Assembly: GCA_963703345.1 (NCBI GenBank)
Contig: OY969814.1
Span: 512,001 to 576,000 of the forward strand
Direction of reading: 5' to 3'
DNA length: 64,000 nt
Source: an uncultured Chloroflexia bacterium
GTDB lineage: Bacteria; Chloroflexota; Dehalococcoidia; DSTF01; JALHUB01
In this document: piece by piece, positions 1-11,998 of the stretch
Layout: each line of letters starts with the position of its first letter
How positions within the stretch are numbered: the stretch's first letter is position 1
Translations under genes and position numbers: made by a program
The notes under the pieces: generated by a model
Databases searched by the model: none
The model's input: only the letters and a program-made list of their open reading frames with translations
What the model was told of the DNA's origin: nothing

Positions 1-1854
<1,854 letters not shown>

Positions 1855-1931
1855 GATGGCTCCCTCCGGTCTGGAGATGTATCTTGGCTCACCGGCTCAT
1901 CTTGAGCCTGGTGCCACACCTTCACGACAAG

Positions 1932-1951
1932 CTGAGGGTTTCAACCCTCAG
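1932..1951. repeat. Perfect 8-bp hairpin with TTCA loop (REP / IS200-IS605-end-like)
   Basis: CTGAGGGT-TTCA-ACCCTCAG; same architecture at 26800-26819. Confidence 0.5.
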
Positions 1952-2082
1952 AATTGTTCAAAACTCCCAAGTGATTCCAATTCCTGTGTGCTCGCTCGCT
2001 GCGCCCGGACGATGCGTCTAGTTCAATAATACCGCTCATCGGCCAAGAAGCGAGCGTCGTTGTCCTCCCAAGTGACGCTTGT

Positions 2083-2168
2083 TCTTCCCACCCGGCCCGC
2101 CCAGAAGGGCTTTTCTGGGGGACACCCCCAGGGCCCCTGCCAGAGGGGGAGACCCCTCTGGACTCCCT
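2083..2168 (-). repeat. Dispersed two-hairpin palindromic repeat, copy 1
   Basis: Minus strand AGGGAGTCCAGAGGGGTCTCCCCCTCTGG...CTGGGGGTGTCCCCCAG...GGGTGGGAAGA; related copies at 14088 and 25611. Confidence 0.75.
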
Positions 2169-2421
2169 ATTCCGCGGCTCTCACTCCTCGACCTCGGAGT
2201 TCGTAGAGTTCGCGAATCGCCTGTTTCCATTGCTCGTTGGCCTTATCGCGCTCGTCAACGGCTTCGTTGAAGGGGCCCGGCGAATCATTTATGAAGGGAC
2301 CCCGGGGCACACGAGTCTGTACAGGATAGGCGAGTCTTCTCACTTCTCCATCCAAACGCTCGAACTCTCGGCGGGCCTGCTCTTCTCTCTGAGTCAGTTC
2401 TTTTTCGCGCTCGTGCATCAT
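2167..2421 (-). CDS. Hypothetical 84-aa helical protein between grpE and dnaK
   Basis: ATGA overlap with grpE stop; charged, coiled-coil-like sequence. Confidence 0.55.
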   Translation of the reverse strand: MMHEREKELTQREEQARREFERLDGEVRRLAYPVQTRVPRGPFINDSPGPFNEAVDERDKANEQWKQAIRELYELRGRGVRAAE

Positions 2422-3014
2422 TCACCTTTGACTTCCCGTTCGCCGTCCTTCGCGCCGCGGCCGACGACGACCATCGCCGGACGCAGCACGCGGTCGCCGA
2501 GCATGTACCCCTTCTGCACCTCGGCGACCACCTTGCCCTCCTCGCCTTCGCCGAACATCGTCGCCTCGTGGTAGCGCGGGTCGAAGTCCTGGCCCTCCGT
2601 CTGGATCTCCTTCAGGCCGCTCGCCTCCAGCACGGCCAGGAACTTGCGATAGATCAGGCGGATGCCGTCTACCCAGGTCAAGCCGGCGAGATGGGCATCG
2701 ACGTTGCGGAGGGCGCGCTCCAGGTCGTCGAGAATCGGCAGGATGTTGATGATGAGCGACGCGTTGGCGAACAGCGCCACCTCCTGGCGCTCCTGCTCCG
2801 TGCGACGCTTGTAGTTCTGGAAGTCGGCGGCCGTGCGCTGCCAGCTCGCCAGACAGCTTTCCGTCTTCTTCTTTTCTTCTTCTAGCTGCGCCTTCAGCGT
2901 CGTCACGTCCTCCGGCGGCGCGGACGCGGCGTGCTCGCCGTGGTGTTTGCCGCCGGTGGAGCTGCGTTTGTCGATGTGAGACGGGTGCTGCTTGTCTTGC
3001 TCTTGCTCGGACAT
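2418..3014 (-). CDS. grpE: Nucleotide exchange factor GrpE
   Basis: ADFQNYKRR, FDPRYHEA, QKGYMLGDRVLRPAMVVV. Confidence 0.97.
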   Translation of the reverse strand: MSEQEQDKQHPSHIDKRSSTGGKHHGEHAASAPPEDVTTLKAQLEEEKKKTESCLASWQRTAADFQNYKRRTEQERQEVALFANASLIINILPILDDLERALRNVDAHLAGLTWVDGIRLIYRKFLAVLEASGLKEIQTEGQDFDPRYHEATMFGEGEEGKVVAEVQKGYMLGDRVLRPAMVVVGRGAKDGEREVKGE

Positions 3015-3042
3015 CCTTGTCTCCGCGCCTTCAGGCTGGCGC

Positions 3043-3825
3043 TCAGCCCCGGGCGACGAGATCGCCCATTAGCAGTGAGAGGTAACGTACGGCGGGTATG
3101 ACGCGAGAATAAGCCATCCTCGTCGGGCCCAGGACGGCCAGGATTCCCACGGCCGTGCCCGGCACCCCGTAGCGGGTGAGCACAACGCTGCAGCGGCGCA
3201 TGACGTCCTCGCGGTTCTCTTCGCCGATGACCACGGTCACGTCCTCGCCGGAGAGGTTGTCGAAGGGTATCGCCCGCATCAGGTTGCCTTCCTCGAGCAC
3301 GCAGACGAGGTCGATGACGTCCTCCGTCTGCGAGAACTCCGGCTGGCTGAGGACGTTGCGAAGCCCTTCCAGGTAGGCTTGGTCGTAGAGCGCCTGGTCC
3401 TCTTCGTCCATCCGGGGCGAGCGAGGCGCCGTTGCGACCGCGGCGTTGCGGACGCTCTCCGCCAGCACCGTCGCCGCGATTCGCGCCTGCTCGGCCAGCA
3501 ATTCCGCGTGACCGGAAGCCGCCCTGGCCGCTGCCCGCAGGCGCCTCTGGATCGACTGCTTCTCATACCAGGGTAAGTCCTCTTCTTCCATGAGGCTTTC
3601 GACGTAGAAGCGATAGCCCCTATCGGAAGGGACGCGGCCGGCGGATGTGTGAGGGTGCGTGATGTAGCCTTCCTCCTCCAACCTCGCCATCTCGCTGCGC
3701 ACCGTGGCAGGAGAGATGGGCAAGGCGTACTTGCGGACGATGGTCTCGGAACCTACCGGCAGGGCCGTGCTTACGTATTCACTTACGATGTGGCCCAGAA
3801 TGCGGGCCCGTCTTTCCACCAACAC
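3043..3825 (-). CDS. hrcA: Heat-inducible repressor HrcA (short, 260 aa)
   Basis: PVGS, SPATVRSEMARLEEEGYITHPHTSAGRVPSDRGYRFYV, LGPTRMAY. Confidence 0.93.
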   Translation of the reverse strand: MLVERRARILGHIVSEYVSTALPVGSETIVRKYALPISPATVRSEMARLEEEGYITHPHTSAGRVPSDRGYRFYVESLMEEEDLPWYEKQSIQRRLRAAARAASGHAELLAEQARIAATVLAESVRNAAVATAPRSPRMDEEDQALYDQAYLEGLRNVLSQPEFSQTEDVIDLVCVLEEGNLMRAIPFDNLSGEDVTVVIGEENREDVMRRCSVVLTRYGVPGTAVGILAVLGPTRMAYSRVIPAVRYLSLLMGDLVARG

Positions 3826-3921
3826 TGCCGGGCTGCCCTCAAATAAAAGTCAGATTACGGGGTTATCGTTAGTTGGACCGAGGCTCGCTCCCCCTCCTAA
3901 TAGGCCTCCCATCACGAGTTT

Positions 3922-3951
3922 AGTTAACCATCGGCTCCCTTGACCTGTCAA
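3922..3951 (-). promoter_or_regulatory. Putative sigma70 promoter for hrcA operon
   Basis: TTGACA-N18-TTAACT with TG extended -10. Confidence 0.45.
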
Positions 3952-4012
3952 GTGCTGCCATCGCGCCCTTGTCCTGCTGACCGGCCATCCCGGCCATGCT
4001 ATACTGCGGGCG

Positions 4013-4648
4013 ATGGAACTCATCTGGCTGGGAAGCTTCTGCTTCCGCATACGCAGTCGCGAAGCGACGATACTCACCGATCCGACTCCGAAGAGCAGCG
4101 GCTACGCCATCGGCAAGGTCACCGCCGACATCGTCACCGTCAGCTCCGACCATCCCGGCAGCACGAACCTGTCGGCCGTCAGCGGCTCGCCACTCGTCAT
4201 CTGGGGCCCGGGCGAATACGAGAGCGCGCAGGTCTTGATCACCGGCGTCGCCACGGAACGAGGCCGCGACGGCGAAAAGGGCGTGACAAATACGTCCTAC
4301 GTCATCGAGACCGAGAATCTGCGCATTTGCCACCTGGGAAGGCTTCGGCACGTGCCGACGTCGGACGAGGTCGAGGAGATGAGCAACATCGATCTCCTGC
4401 TGGTCCCGGTGGGCGGGAGCGGCGCGCTGGACGCCTCGCAGGCGGAGGAGACGATTACGCTCCTGGAGCCAAAGTTGATTGTGCCGATGAACTACGCCAC
4501 GTCCGCCTCATCCGACAAGCTCGACCCGCTGGAGCAATTCCTCCGAGAGCGAGGTGGGACGCCCCTCGAACCGCAGCCGCGACTCTCCGTGAACCGCTCA
4601 TCGCTGCCCCACGAGCCGGAAGTGGTCGTCCTCGACTACAAGCGCTGA
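4013..4648 (+). CDS. MBL-fold metallo-hydrolase (Lactamase_B_3-like)
   Basis: WLGSFCFRI, ILTDP, GPGEYE, ICHLG, PVGG, IVPMNY; several usual metal His residues replaced. Confidence 0.8.
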   Translation: MELIWLGSFCFRIRSREATILTDPTPKSSGYAIGKVTADIVTVSSDHPGSTNLSAVSGSPLVIWGPGEYESAQVLITGVATERGRDGEKGVTNTSYVIETENLRICHLGRLRHVPTSDEVEEMSNIDLLLVPVGGSGALDASQAEETITLLEPKLIVPMNYATSASSDKLDPLEQFLRERGGTPLEPQPRLSVNRSSLPHEPEVVVLDYKR

Positions 4649-4720
4649 TGATTGCGGAGTTTCAGGTGAACAAGAAGGCGGCCCATGCGGCCGCCTAGCT
4701 GGTTCTGATGGCTGCTCCGT

Positions 4721-5884
4721 CTAAGGCAGGTAGTCGAGCGGATCGACGACGGCCCCGTTCCGGTGTACTTCGAAGTGTAGGTGGTAGCCGGTCGAGCGCC
4801 CGGTCATGCCCACGTAGCCGATAACCTCCCCCTGCTGCACGTACTCGCCCTGGGTGACTGTGATCGAGGCCATGTGAGCGTAGAGCGTTTCAAAGCCGTT
4901 CTGGTGGTTTATGACGACGTACAGGCCGTAGGAGCAGCAGGAATCGCCGCCGGCGAAGGTCACTACGCCGGAAGAGGCGGCGACAATCGGTCCGCCGGCA
5001 TTGTTGAACTGGTCGATGTCGATGCCCAAGGGGTGCGACGGGCCGAAGTAGCTGGAGACGGGCCCGGAAACCGGCCATATGAAGCCGCTGGACGACGGGC
5101 CCGATGGGGCTGGCTGCGACGGGGAAGAGCTGCTGGGTGGGCTCGCGGGAGCTGCGGGTTCCGGCGTTGGGGGTGGCGGCGCGGGCATCTTGCCGTTCGG
5201 GATGAAGATGATCTGGCTCTCAGCGATGCCGTCGGCGTTGACCAGGTGATTCCCGGCAAAGCTGGTGATGGATGCCACGTCCACGTCGTACCGGCTCGCG
5301 ATGTCGCTGAGCGTATCGCCCAACTTCACGTCATAGATGATCCCGTCAGTCATCGGGATGCGCAGGAACTGGCCCAGCGCCAGGGTGTCCGGGCTTTCAA
5401 GGTCCGTGTTGTTCCAGACGATGGAGTCAGATGAGATGCCGTATTGCGCCGCTAACCCGTCGACCGTGTCGCCCTGCTGGATGGCGTAGATGATGTATAC
5501 GGGGACGGGCGTCGGTGCTGGCGTTGGCTGAAGGCCGGCAGCCATCATGATCGCGTCGTCGGACGGAGCGGCTGTGGACCGAACCAGCGGCGCCGGCGTC
5601 TGCGTCGATTGGGCGGTCACGAGGGTCAGCGGAAGAACGGAGGCCTGAAACGCGGCGTCCTGTTGGACCGGCGCAGCGACAACAGTCTCCGGCGAGGAGA
5701 TGCTGTTGACGCGCATGGATACGCTCGTTGCGGGTAAACCGAGTCGTCCGGAGAAGGAGATGGTGGAGAGAAGAACGGATGCTGCGAGGGCCAGGACGAA
5801 AAAGTGGATGCAGGAACGATACCGCCTGCGAGATCCGGCAGCAGTAGGAGGCTGTCGTCCTAAACTACTTGGTCGCGCCTCCAA
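4721..5884 (-). CDS. LysM-repeat M23 peptidase (start uncertain)
   Basis: Two LysM repeats (QQGDTV, KLGDTLSDIA), Pro/Ser linker, HPLGIDI, YAH and HLHFEV M23 motifs. Confidence 0.9.
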   Translation of the reverse strand: MEARPSSLGRQPPTAAGSRRRYRSCIHFFVLALAASVLLSTISFSGRLGLPATSVSMRVNSISSPETVVAAPVQQDAAFQASVLPLTLVTAQSTQTPAPLVRSTAAPSDDAIMMAAGLQPTPAPTPVPVYIIYAIQQGDTVDGLAAQYGISSDSIVWNNTDLESPDTLALGQFLRIPMTDGIIYDVKLGDTLSDIASRYDVDVASITSFAGNHLVNADGIAESQIIFIPNGKMPAPPPPTPEPAAPASPPSSSSPSQPAPSGPSSSGFIWPVSGPVSSYFGPSHPLGIDIDQFNNAGGPIVAASSGVVTFAGGDSCCSYGLYVVINHQNGFETLYAHMASITVTQGEYVQQGEVIGYVGMTGRSTGYHLHFEVHRNGAVVDPLDYLP

Positions 5885-6109
5885 CCGGTCTTCCGGTCCG
5901 GGAGCGCGCGGGCTGAGCGTGCCTCTGATGCTCCTCGCCTCCTACTTGTGGGCCAAACTCAGAGAGCCTGCCTCCTCCACCCGGCATACGCAACATCCCC
6001 GACACCCTACCAGACGCTGTTAGCTGTTGTCAAGGGCAAAAAGGCGCAATTTGCGGCCCGTTTTTGTCTCTCCGGACGTAACGAATGCCGCTGATAGCAG
6101 CGAGTGGAA

Positions 6110-7390
6110 CTAGATTTCCTGCTTCAGCGTGGCGAGGAACTCGGCGTTGCTGCGCGTTCGCGCCAGCCTCTCCAGGAGCCTTTCCGTCGCCTCGGTAGGA
6201 TTGGGAGCGTTCTGGCTGATCATCGCCGTCATGCGCCGCACCAGCCAGACCTGTCGTAGCGTCTCTTCGTCCAGCAGCAGCTCCTCGCGACGGGTGCCGC
6301 TGCGGTGAATGTCGATCGCCGGCCACATGCGCCGCTCAGCCAGGCGGCGGTCGAGGTGGATTTCCATGTTGCCCGTGCCCTTGAACTCCTCGTAGATCAC
6401 CTCGTCCATCCGGCTGCCGGTGTCGACCAGGCAAGTGCCGATGATCGTGAGGCTGCCGCTTTCCTCGGTGTTGCGGGCGGCGCCAAAGAAGCGCTTCGGC
6501 GGGTGCAGGGCGATAGGGTCGATGCCGCCGGAAAGCGTCCGGCCGCTCGTCGGCATCGCCAGGTTGTAGGCGCGGGTGAGGCGCGTGATGCTGTCCAGCA
6601 GGACAACGACGTCCGTGCCGGACTCCACCAACCTCTTCGCCCGCTCCAGCCCCATGTCGGCGACGCGCGTGTGGTCTTCGACCGGCTCGTCGAAGGTGGA
6701 CGCTATAACCTCGCCGTGAACGGAGCGTCTCATGTCCGTAACTTCCTCCGGCCGCTCGCCGATGAGGAGCACCATGAGGTGCACGTCGTTGTAGTTCGCC
6801 GTGATGCCGTTGGCGATAGCCTTGAGGAGGAACGTCTTGCCCGCTTTGGGAGGCGAGACGATGAGCCCGCGCTGTCCCCGGCCGATGGGCGCGATAAGAT
6901 TGATCACGCGTGCCGAGAGCTTCTCCGGCGTGGTCTCCAGGTTGAACTGGCGGAGGGGGAAGATGGCCGTCAAGGCCTCAAAATAGGGACGGGCCTTCGC
7001 GACCTCCGGGTCAAGGCCGTTCACCGCCTCAACGCGGAGCAGCCCGTAGTAGCGCTCGCTGTCCTTCGGCGGCCGCACCTGTCCCGTCACGTAGTCGCCC
7101 GTACGGAGGGCGAAGCGCCGGATCTGCGATTGCGACACGTAGACGTCGTTCAGCGAGGGCAGGAGGCTCTCGCCGCGCAGGAAACCGTAACCGTCGTCGA
7201 CGATCTCGAGGACGCCGCCGCTGAAGATGTTCCCTTCCCGTTCCGTCTGTGCCTGTAGCAGGCGGAAGATAAGGTCTTGCTTCTTGAGCGCGCTGTAGCC
7301 GGAGATTCCAAGCTCCTTGGCGATCTCCATCAGGTCCTCGCGGGTCCTGGTCTCTAGCTCGGCAATGTTAAGTTCGCCTGCTGGCTTCAT
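6110..7390 (-). CDS. rho: Transcription termination factor Rho
   Basis: [44 protein letters not shown]. Confidence 0.98.
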   Translation of the reverse strand: MKPAGELNIAELETRTREDLMEIAKELGISGYSALKKQDLIFRLLQAQTEREGNIFSGGVLEIVDDGYGFLRGESLLPSLNDVYVSQSQIRRFALRTGDYVTGQVRPPKDSERYYGLLRVEAVNGLDPEVAKARPYFEALTAIFPLRQFNLETTPEKLSARVINLIAPIGRGQRGLIVSPPKAGKTFLLKAIANGITANYNDVHLMVLLIGERPEEVTDMRRSVHGEVIASTFDEPVEDHTRVADMGLERAKRLVESGTDVVVLLDSITRLTRAYNLAMPTSGRTLSGGIDPIALHPPKRFFGAARNTEESGSLTIIGTCLVDTGSRMDEVIYEEFKGTGNMEIHLDRRLAERRMWPAIDIHRSGTRREELLLDEETLRQVWLVRRMTAMISQNAPNPTEATERLLERLARTRSNAEFLATLKQEI

Positions 7391-7476
7391 CGTTCAAACC
7401 TCAGATATGAGAATGGATGTGGGGCCTCAAGAAAAAACACAGAGGGAAAAGTGCAGTAGTACTCGCGGCCGACTGT

Positions 7477-7505
7477 ATGATACAGCATCTACTCCTTGTT
7501 TTCAA
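7477..7505 (-). promoter_or_regulatory. Putative sigma70 promoter for rho
   Basis: TTGAAA-N17-TATCAT. Confidence 0.55.
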
Positions 7506-7517
7506 GCAATAGCCGTC

Positions 7518-8174
7518 CTAAGCCTTCACTTTTGAGTACTGCTGCGCGTCCGCCAGGAAGCGCTCGATGCCGACGTCGGTTAGCGGGTGTTTCACCATCG
7601 CCATTAGCACGGCATAAGGCATCGTCGCGATGTGCGCGCCCGCCTGCGCCGAAGCGATGACGTGCCGGGGGTGCCGCAGGCTGGCCGAAATGATCTGCGA
7701 AGGCAGCCGGTAGCGGTCTAGTATTGCCACGCTTTCCCGGACGACCTCCATGCCGTCGTGGCCGGCGTCGTCCAACCGCCCGACGAAGGGGCTGATGTAC
7801 GTCGCGCCCGCCAGAGCCGCCAGCAGCGCCTGGTTGACGGAGAAGACAAGCGTCATGTTGACCTTCACGCCTTCCCGGGCCAGCTTCGCGGTCGCCTCCA
7901 GGCCCGCAGCGTCAATTGGTATCTTGACCACGACGTCCGGATGCCAGCCCGCCACCTCGCGCGCCTCGGCGACAATGCCGGGCGCGTCGCGGGCGATGCA
8001 CTCGGCGGAGACGGGCCCATGTACCGTCTCGCAAATCTCCACCACCCGTTCCTTGTAGCTGACGCCTCGCTCCTTCGCCATCAACGTCGGATTCGTCGTT
8101 ACGCCGGAGACGACGCCCAGCTTCACCGCCTCGCGCACCTCGTCGATGTTCGCCGTGTCAAGGAATATGCGCAT
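7518..8174 (-). CDS. tal: Transaldolase / fructose-6-phosphate aldolase family
   Basis: FLDTAN, GVTTNPT, VVKIP, YISPFVGRLDD. Confidence 0.93.
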   Translation of the reverse strand: MRIFLDTANIDEVREAVKLGVVSGVTTNPTLMAKERGVSYKERVVEICETVHGPVSAECIARDAPGIVAEAREVAGWHPDVVVKIPIDAAGLEATAKLAREGVKVNMTLVFSVNQALLAALAGATYISPFVGRLDDAGHDGMEVVRESVAILDRYRLPSQIISASLRHPRHVIASAQAGAHIATMPYAVLMAMVKHPLTDVGIERFLADAQQYSKVKA

Positions 8175-8267
8175 TCTTCTCGTTTCCCTCGATAGCTGAT
8201 TCTACAGACGTCCGGTCTCGAAATCGAGGAGGACCGTTCTCATGTCGAGAATAACGGGAATGTCCGG

Positions 8268-9950
8268 CTAGCGCTCCGAAGTCTCCGATGCCGAGCTTGC
8301 GACCGGCATTTCGGAGACGGGATGGAAATGCGTTGCTGAGCCTGCCGCCTCCAGGACGCGCTCCTTCACCGCTCCGATGAAGTCACGGAAGAGCGGATGC
8401 GGCCGGTCCGGGCGGGAACGGAACTCCGGGTGGAACTGCGTGCCCACCATGAACGGGTGCCCGGCGATCTCGCAGATCTCCGCCAGAGTGCCGTCGGGAG
8501 AGAGACCGCTGACGACCAGCCCCGTCTGAGACAGCGCCTCCCGGAACGCCATGTTGAACTCATAGCGATGGCGGTGCCGCTCGCTGATCTCGTCCGCTCC
8601 GTAGGCCGCGCGCGCCTTCGTGCCCGCCACCAGCCGGCAGGGGTAGCTGCCGAGTCGCATCGTCCCGCCCATCTGGCTTACGCCCGTCTGCTCTTCGAGC
8701 AGGCTGATGACTGGGTACGGCGTCTTCGGGTTGAATTCCGTCGAGTTCGCCGTATCGTCGCCGAAGGCCTTGCGCGCCGCCTCGACGACCATCACCTGCA
8801 TACCCAGGCAGAGGCCCAGGTAGGGCAGCTCCTGCTCGCGGGCGTAGCTGGCCGCCTTGATCTTGCCCTCGATGCCGCGCTCGCCGAAACCGCCCGGCAC
8901 GACGACGCCCTGCACGTGCTGCAGCGCCGTCTCGCCGCCGACCGTCTCCAGCGTCTGCGAGTGCACCCACTCGATGTCCACCGCCACGTCGTGGTGAATG
9001 CCGGCGTGAATGAGCGACTCCTTTACCGAAAGATAGGCGTCCGGCAACTCGATGTACTTGCCGACGATCGCCACCGTCACCCTGTTCTCTGGATGCAGCA
9101 GCCGGTCGACAAGCCCGCGCCATTCGGTCAGGTCGCGGCCGCCGGCGGGAAGCGAAAGGCGCTCGATTACGAGATCGCCCAGCCCCGCCTCTTCGAGGAC
9201 GATCGGCACCTGGTAGATGCTGGACATCGTTCGCAGCGGTATGACGGCGCGCTTCTCGACGTCGCAGAACAGGGCGATCTTGTCCTTGAGGTCCTGCGAC
9301 ACCGCGAAGTCGCTGCGGCAGACGATGACATCGGGTTGAACGCCGGCGCTGCGGAGCTCGCGGACGCTGTGCTGGGTCGGCTTCGTCTTTATCTCGCCCG
9401 TGGCGCCGATATAGGGCAGAAGCGTCACGTGGATGGCCAGGACGTGGTCGCGCGGTTCCTCGGTGCGCATCTGCCGGATCGCCTCCAGGAACGGCTGCCC
9501 TTCGATGTCGCCGACGGTGCCGCCGACCTCGACGATAAGGACATCGGCGCCGCTCGTGCGCGCCACCTCGCGGATGCGGCTCTTGATCTCGCCGGTGATG
9601 TGCGGGATCGCCTGAATCGTCCCGCCGAGGAAATCGCCCCGGCGCTCTTTCTGAATCACGGCCTGATAAATCTGCCCAGTCGTAACGGAGCTTATCCCCG
9701 TCAGGTTCTCATCGATGAAGCGCTCGTAGTGGCCGAGGTCCAGGTCCGTCTCAGCGCCGTCGTTCGTGACGAACACTTCGCCGTGCTGATAGGGCGACAT
9801 GGTCCCCGGGTCGACATTGAGGTAGGGGTCCAGCTTCTGAATGGAGACGGAGATGTTTCGGCTCTTGAGGATGCGGCCGATAGCCGCTGTGGTGATTCCC
9901 TTGCCGACGGAGCTGACCACTCCGCCGGTCACGAATATGTACTTAGGCAT
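8268..9950 (-). CDS. pyrG: CTP synthase
   Basis: [43 protein letters not shown]. Confidence 0.98.
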   Translation of the reverse strand: MPKYIFVTGGVVSSVGKGITTAAIGRILKSRNISVSIQKLDPYLNVDPGTMSPYQHGEVFVTNDGAETDLDLGHYERFIDENLTGISSVTTGQIYQAVIQKERRGDFLGGTIQAIPHITGEIKSRIREVARTSGADVLIVEVGGTVGDIEGQPFLEAIRQMRTEEPRDHVLAIHVTLLPYIGATGEIKTKPTQHSVRELRSAGVQPDVIVCRSDFAVSQDLKDKIALFCDVEKRAVIPLRTMSSIYQVPIVLEEAGLGDLVIERLSLPAGGRDLTEWRGLVDRLLHPENRVTVAIVGKYIELPDAYLSVKESLIHAGIHHDVAVDIEWVHSQTLETVGGETALQHVQGVVVPGGFGERGIEGKIKAASYAREQELPYLGLCLGMQVMVVEAARKAFGDDTANSTEFNPKTPYPVISLLEEQTGVSQMGGTMRLGSYPCRLVAGTKARAAYGADEISERHRHRYEFNMAFREALSQTGLVVSGLSPDGTLAEICEIAGHPFMVGTQFHPEFRSRPDRPHPLFRDFIGAVKERVLEAAGSATHFHPVSEMPVASSASETSER

Positions 9951-10009
9951 CTATAAGACAAGCGGCCCTCGGTCCGCCGAATGCGGACGGGAGGCGCCGC
10001 CCATCAACA

Positions 10010-10038
10010 ATTCTAGTCAGGCCCGATCACACTGTCAA
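10010..10038 (-). promoter_or_regulatory. Putative sigma70 promoter for pyrG
   Basis: TTGACA-N17-TAGAAT. Confidence 0.65.
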
Positions 10039-11609
10039 GGGATTCCGCCGGCGATGAGGGCGGGGGGCTCCTCCAGCGAGGCCGGACGCTCCAGCAGCGG
10101 CGCCGGCGCAAACGGCTTCGCCTCCGGCTGCCGGAAGGCCGCCATCTGCACTTCCAGCCAGCGGTTGATGTCGTGGCGGGCGATCGTCTGTCGCAGCCCC
10201 CGTGCCCGCTCTCGACGCTCCTCGGCGCCCATGACAAGCGCCCGCCGGAGCGCCTCCGCCGTCCCTTCGATGTCCCTGGCTTCGACCGTCAGCGCCACGC
10301 CCCCGAGCTCCCGACATGCGCCGACGGCGGTTGAAAGAACGACGACGCCGTCGCGCTCGTTTAGAATCGGCCCCTCCTTGACGACGAGGTTCATGCCGTC
10401 GGCGATGGAGTTCGCGATAAGAACGTCGTACAGGCTAAGGCCGGCCAGCGCCTGCGTGCGGTTCTGCTCGTAGAAGACCCTTATCGGCTGCCAGCGTTTG
10501 TTGCCGTGGCGCAGATTGATCTGGTCGATGAGGGAGAAGACTTCGTCCCTGTACGTCCGGTACTCGGGGATCGCCTCACGCGACGGCACCAGGAACGTGA
10601 GCAGCCGCACCTTGCCGATCCACTCGGAGGAACGCTCCAGGAGGAGATTGAACGCCTTGAGCGCGCCGGCCACGTTTTTCGCCGGGTCCAAGCGGTCAAC
10701 GCAGACGACAGTCTTCACGTCCTCGTCGCCGGCCAGCGCTTCCCGGTATGACTTGACTCCAGGGGAGACGAGTTGCCGCCTCAGGTCGAAAACGTCCACG
10801 GATATTGGATTGGCGAAGATGGCGACCGACCGTCCGTCGTAGCGGACCGTGGTTTCCGCCAGGTCGACGGTCACGCTCGGGAGGTGCGCCAGGCAGGTGA
10901 GAGCGAAGTTGCGCTTCGATTGCTCCGTCTGGAACGCCACGCTGTCGTTCGCCAGCATCCCCTCGCAGATCCGCGCGACGATGCCCTCCGGCAGCGCCCG
11001 CCAGGCGTCCGGCCCCGGCCAGGGGATGTGGTTGAAGTGCTGCAGCAGCGCCTCTGGATGGCGCGCGCGGATGAACAGCGGCGCGAGATAAAGATGATAG
11101 TCGTGCAGCATCACCCGGGCTGGGCCGCTCGCCGTGCCAATCTCCTCGTCGACAGCGTCGGCGAAGGCGCGGTTGACCGGCACGTAGCCGTCCTGCCAGG
11201 AACGGACGATCTGCTCCTCCAGGTCGGCGCGGCCATCGAGCAGATGCCACAGCGAGTGCTGGAGGAACCAGAGGATTGGATTGCTGAACGTGCGATAGAA
11301 GAGATCGTATGAGTGCGAATCCGCCGCCGCGAAGCACAGGCGATGGCCGCGACCGAATGAGAATCGGCGAAGGTCGCGCGCCACAAGCTCCCTGTCCACC
11401 CCTCCAACCGCGCCGACAATCCACGTCAAGTCCTGCCGGCCGAGGATGCTGGAGAGGGCGACGGCCACGCCGCCGCTGGTCGGCCGACGCGCCAGGGCGC
11501 CGCTATCGTCGCGATAATGCTCGAACGGCCCGCGGTTGCTGACGACGATGAGCGGGCCCGGACGGCTTATTCGCCGCAAAGAGGTATACGCTGGGTCCCC
11601 GGAGTTCAC
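10035..11609 (-). CDS. otsA: GT20 trehalose-6-phosphate synthase (OtsA-like)
   Basis: VVSNRGP, HDYHL, HIPWP, VDRLDPAKN, DGMNLVVKE. Confidence 0.9.
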   Translation of the reverse strand: MNSGDPAYTSLRRISRPGPLIVVSNRGPFEHYRDDSGALARRPTSGGVAVALSSILGRQDLTWIVGAVGGVDRELVARDLRRFSFGRGHRLCFAAADSHSYDLFYRTFSNPILWFLQHSLWHLLDGRADLEEQIVRSWQDGYVPVNRAFADAVDEEIGTASGPARVMLHDYHLYLAPLFIRARHPEALLQHFNHIPWPGPDAWRALPEGIVARICEGMLANDSVAFQTEQSKRNFALTCLAHLPSVTVDLAETTVRYDGRSVAIFANPISVDVFDLRRQLVSPGVKSYREALAGDEDVKTVVCVDRLDPAKNVAGALKAFNLLLERSSEWIGKVRLLTFLVPSREAIPEYRTYRDEVFSLIDQINLRHGNKRWQPIRVFYEQNRTQALAGLSLYDVLIANSIADGMNLVVKEGPILNERDGVVVLSTAVGACRELGGVALTVEARDIEGTAEALRRALVMGAEERRERARGLRQTIARHDINRWLEVQMAAFRQPEAKPFAPAPLLERPASLEEPPALIAGGIP

Positions 11610-11692
11610 GTCGGCCTCCTTTTGTATGTCGCGGGGAGGGTATCACCGCTATCTTAGCGATACTGACACACCACCAAACCGAGCGGGCCGGG

Positions 11693-11712
11693 CCTGCCTG
11701 CCGATAGGCAGG
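11693..11712. repeat. Short REP-like palindrome
   Basis: CCTGCCT-GCCGAT-AGGCAGG. Confidence 0.45.
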
Positions 11713-11723
11713 AATGAGGGTAC

Positions 11724-11752
11724 AAAAAGGCCGGAGGATCTTGGCTCCGGCC
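11724..11752 (-). terminator. Intrinsic terminator (riboswitch expression platform)
   Basis: GGCCGGAG-CCAAGATC-CTCCGGCC-TTTTT. Confidence 0.8.
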
Positions 11753-11769
11753 GTCTTGCTTTGGAACCA

Positions 11770-11925
11770 GCCCTCTTTCAGTGGCCTACGAGGTTAGCTG
11801 TCGGGTTAGGGCTGAAAGAGACTGCCCCTTCCGCCTTCCGGCGGAATACACCCCATGCTGCCTTCGGTTCCCCCGTCCCGCCTCTCGCCGCTGGCGAGTC
11901 GCCTTTGGCGACAAGCGAGCTAGGC
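11770..11925 (-). ncRNA. c-di-AMP (ydaO/yuaA) riboswitch
   Basis: GGGGGAACC...TGGGGTGTATTCC...GGAAGGGG...CCCTAACCCGACAGCTAACCTCGTAGGC matches the ydaO core; lies between a promoter and a terminator upstream of otsA. Confidence 0.9.
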
Positions 11926-11936
11926 CCTGTGCTCGT

Positions 11937-11965
11937 AAATTAGCACCGCGACGAAGGTTTGTCAA
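11937..11965 (-). promoter_or_regulatory. sigma70 promoter for riboswitch-otsA
   Basis: TTGACA-N17-TAATTT with TG extended -10. Confidence 0.65.
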
Positions 11966-11998
11966 TATTTCGGGTTCAACAGAGGCACTCGTGGGAGG

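Noticed and set aside
1890-1951. HspR HAIR operator upstream of dnaK
   Set aside because: Half-sites and spacing do not fit CTTGAGT-N7-ACTCAAG
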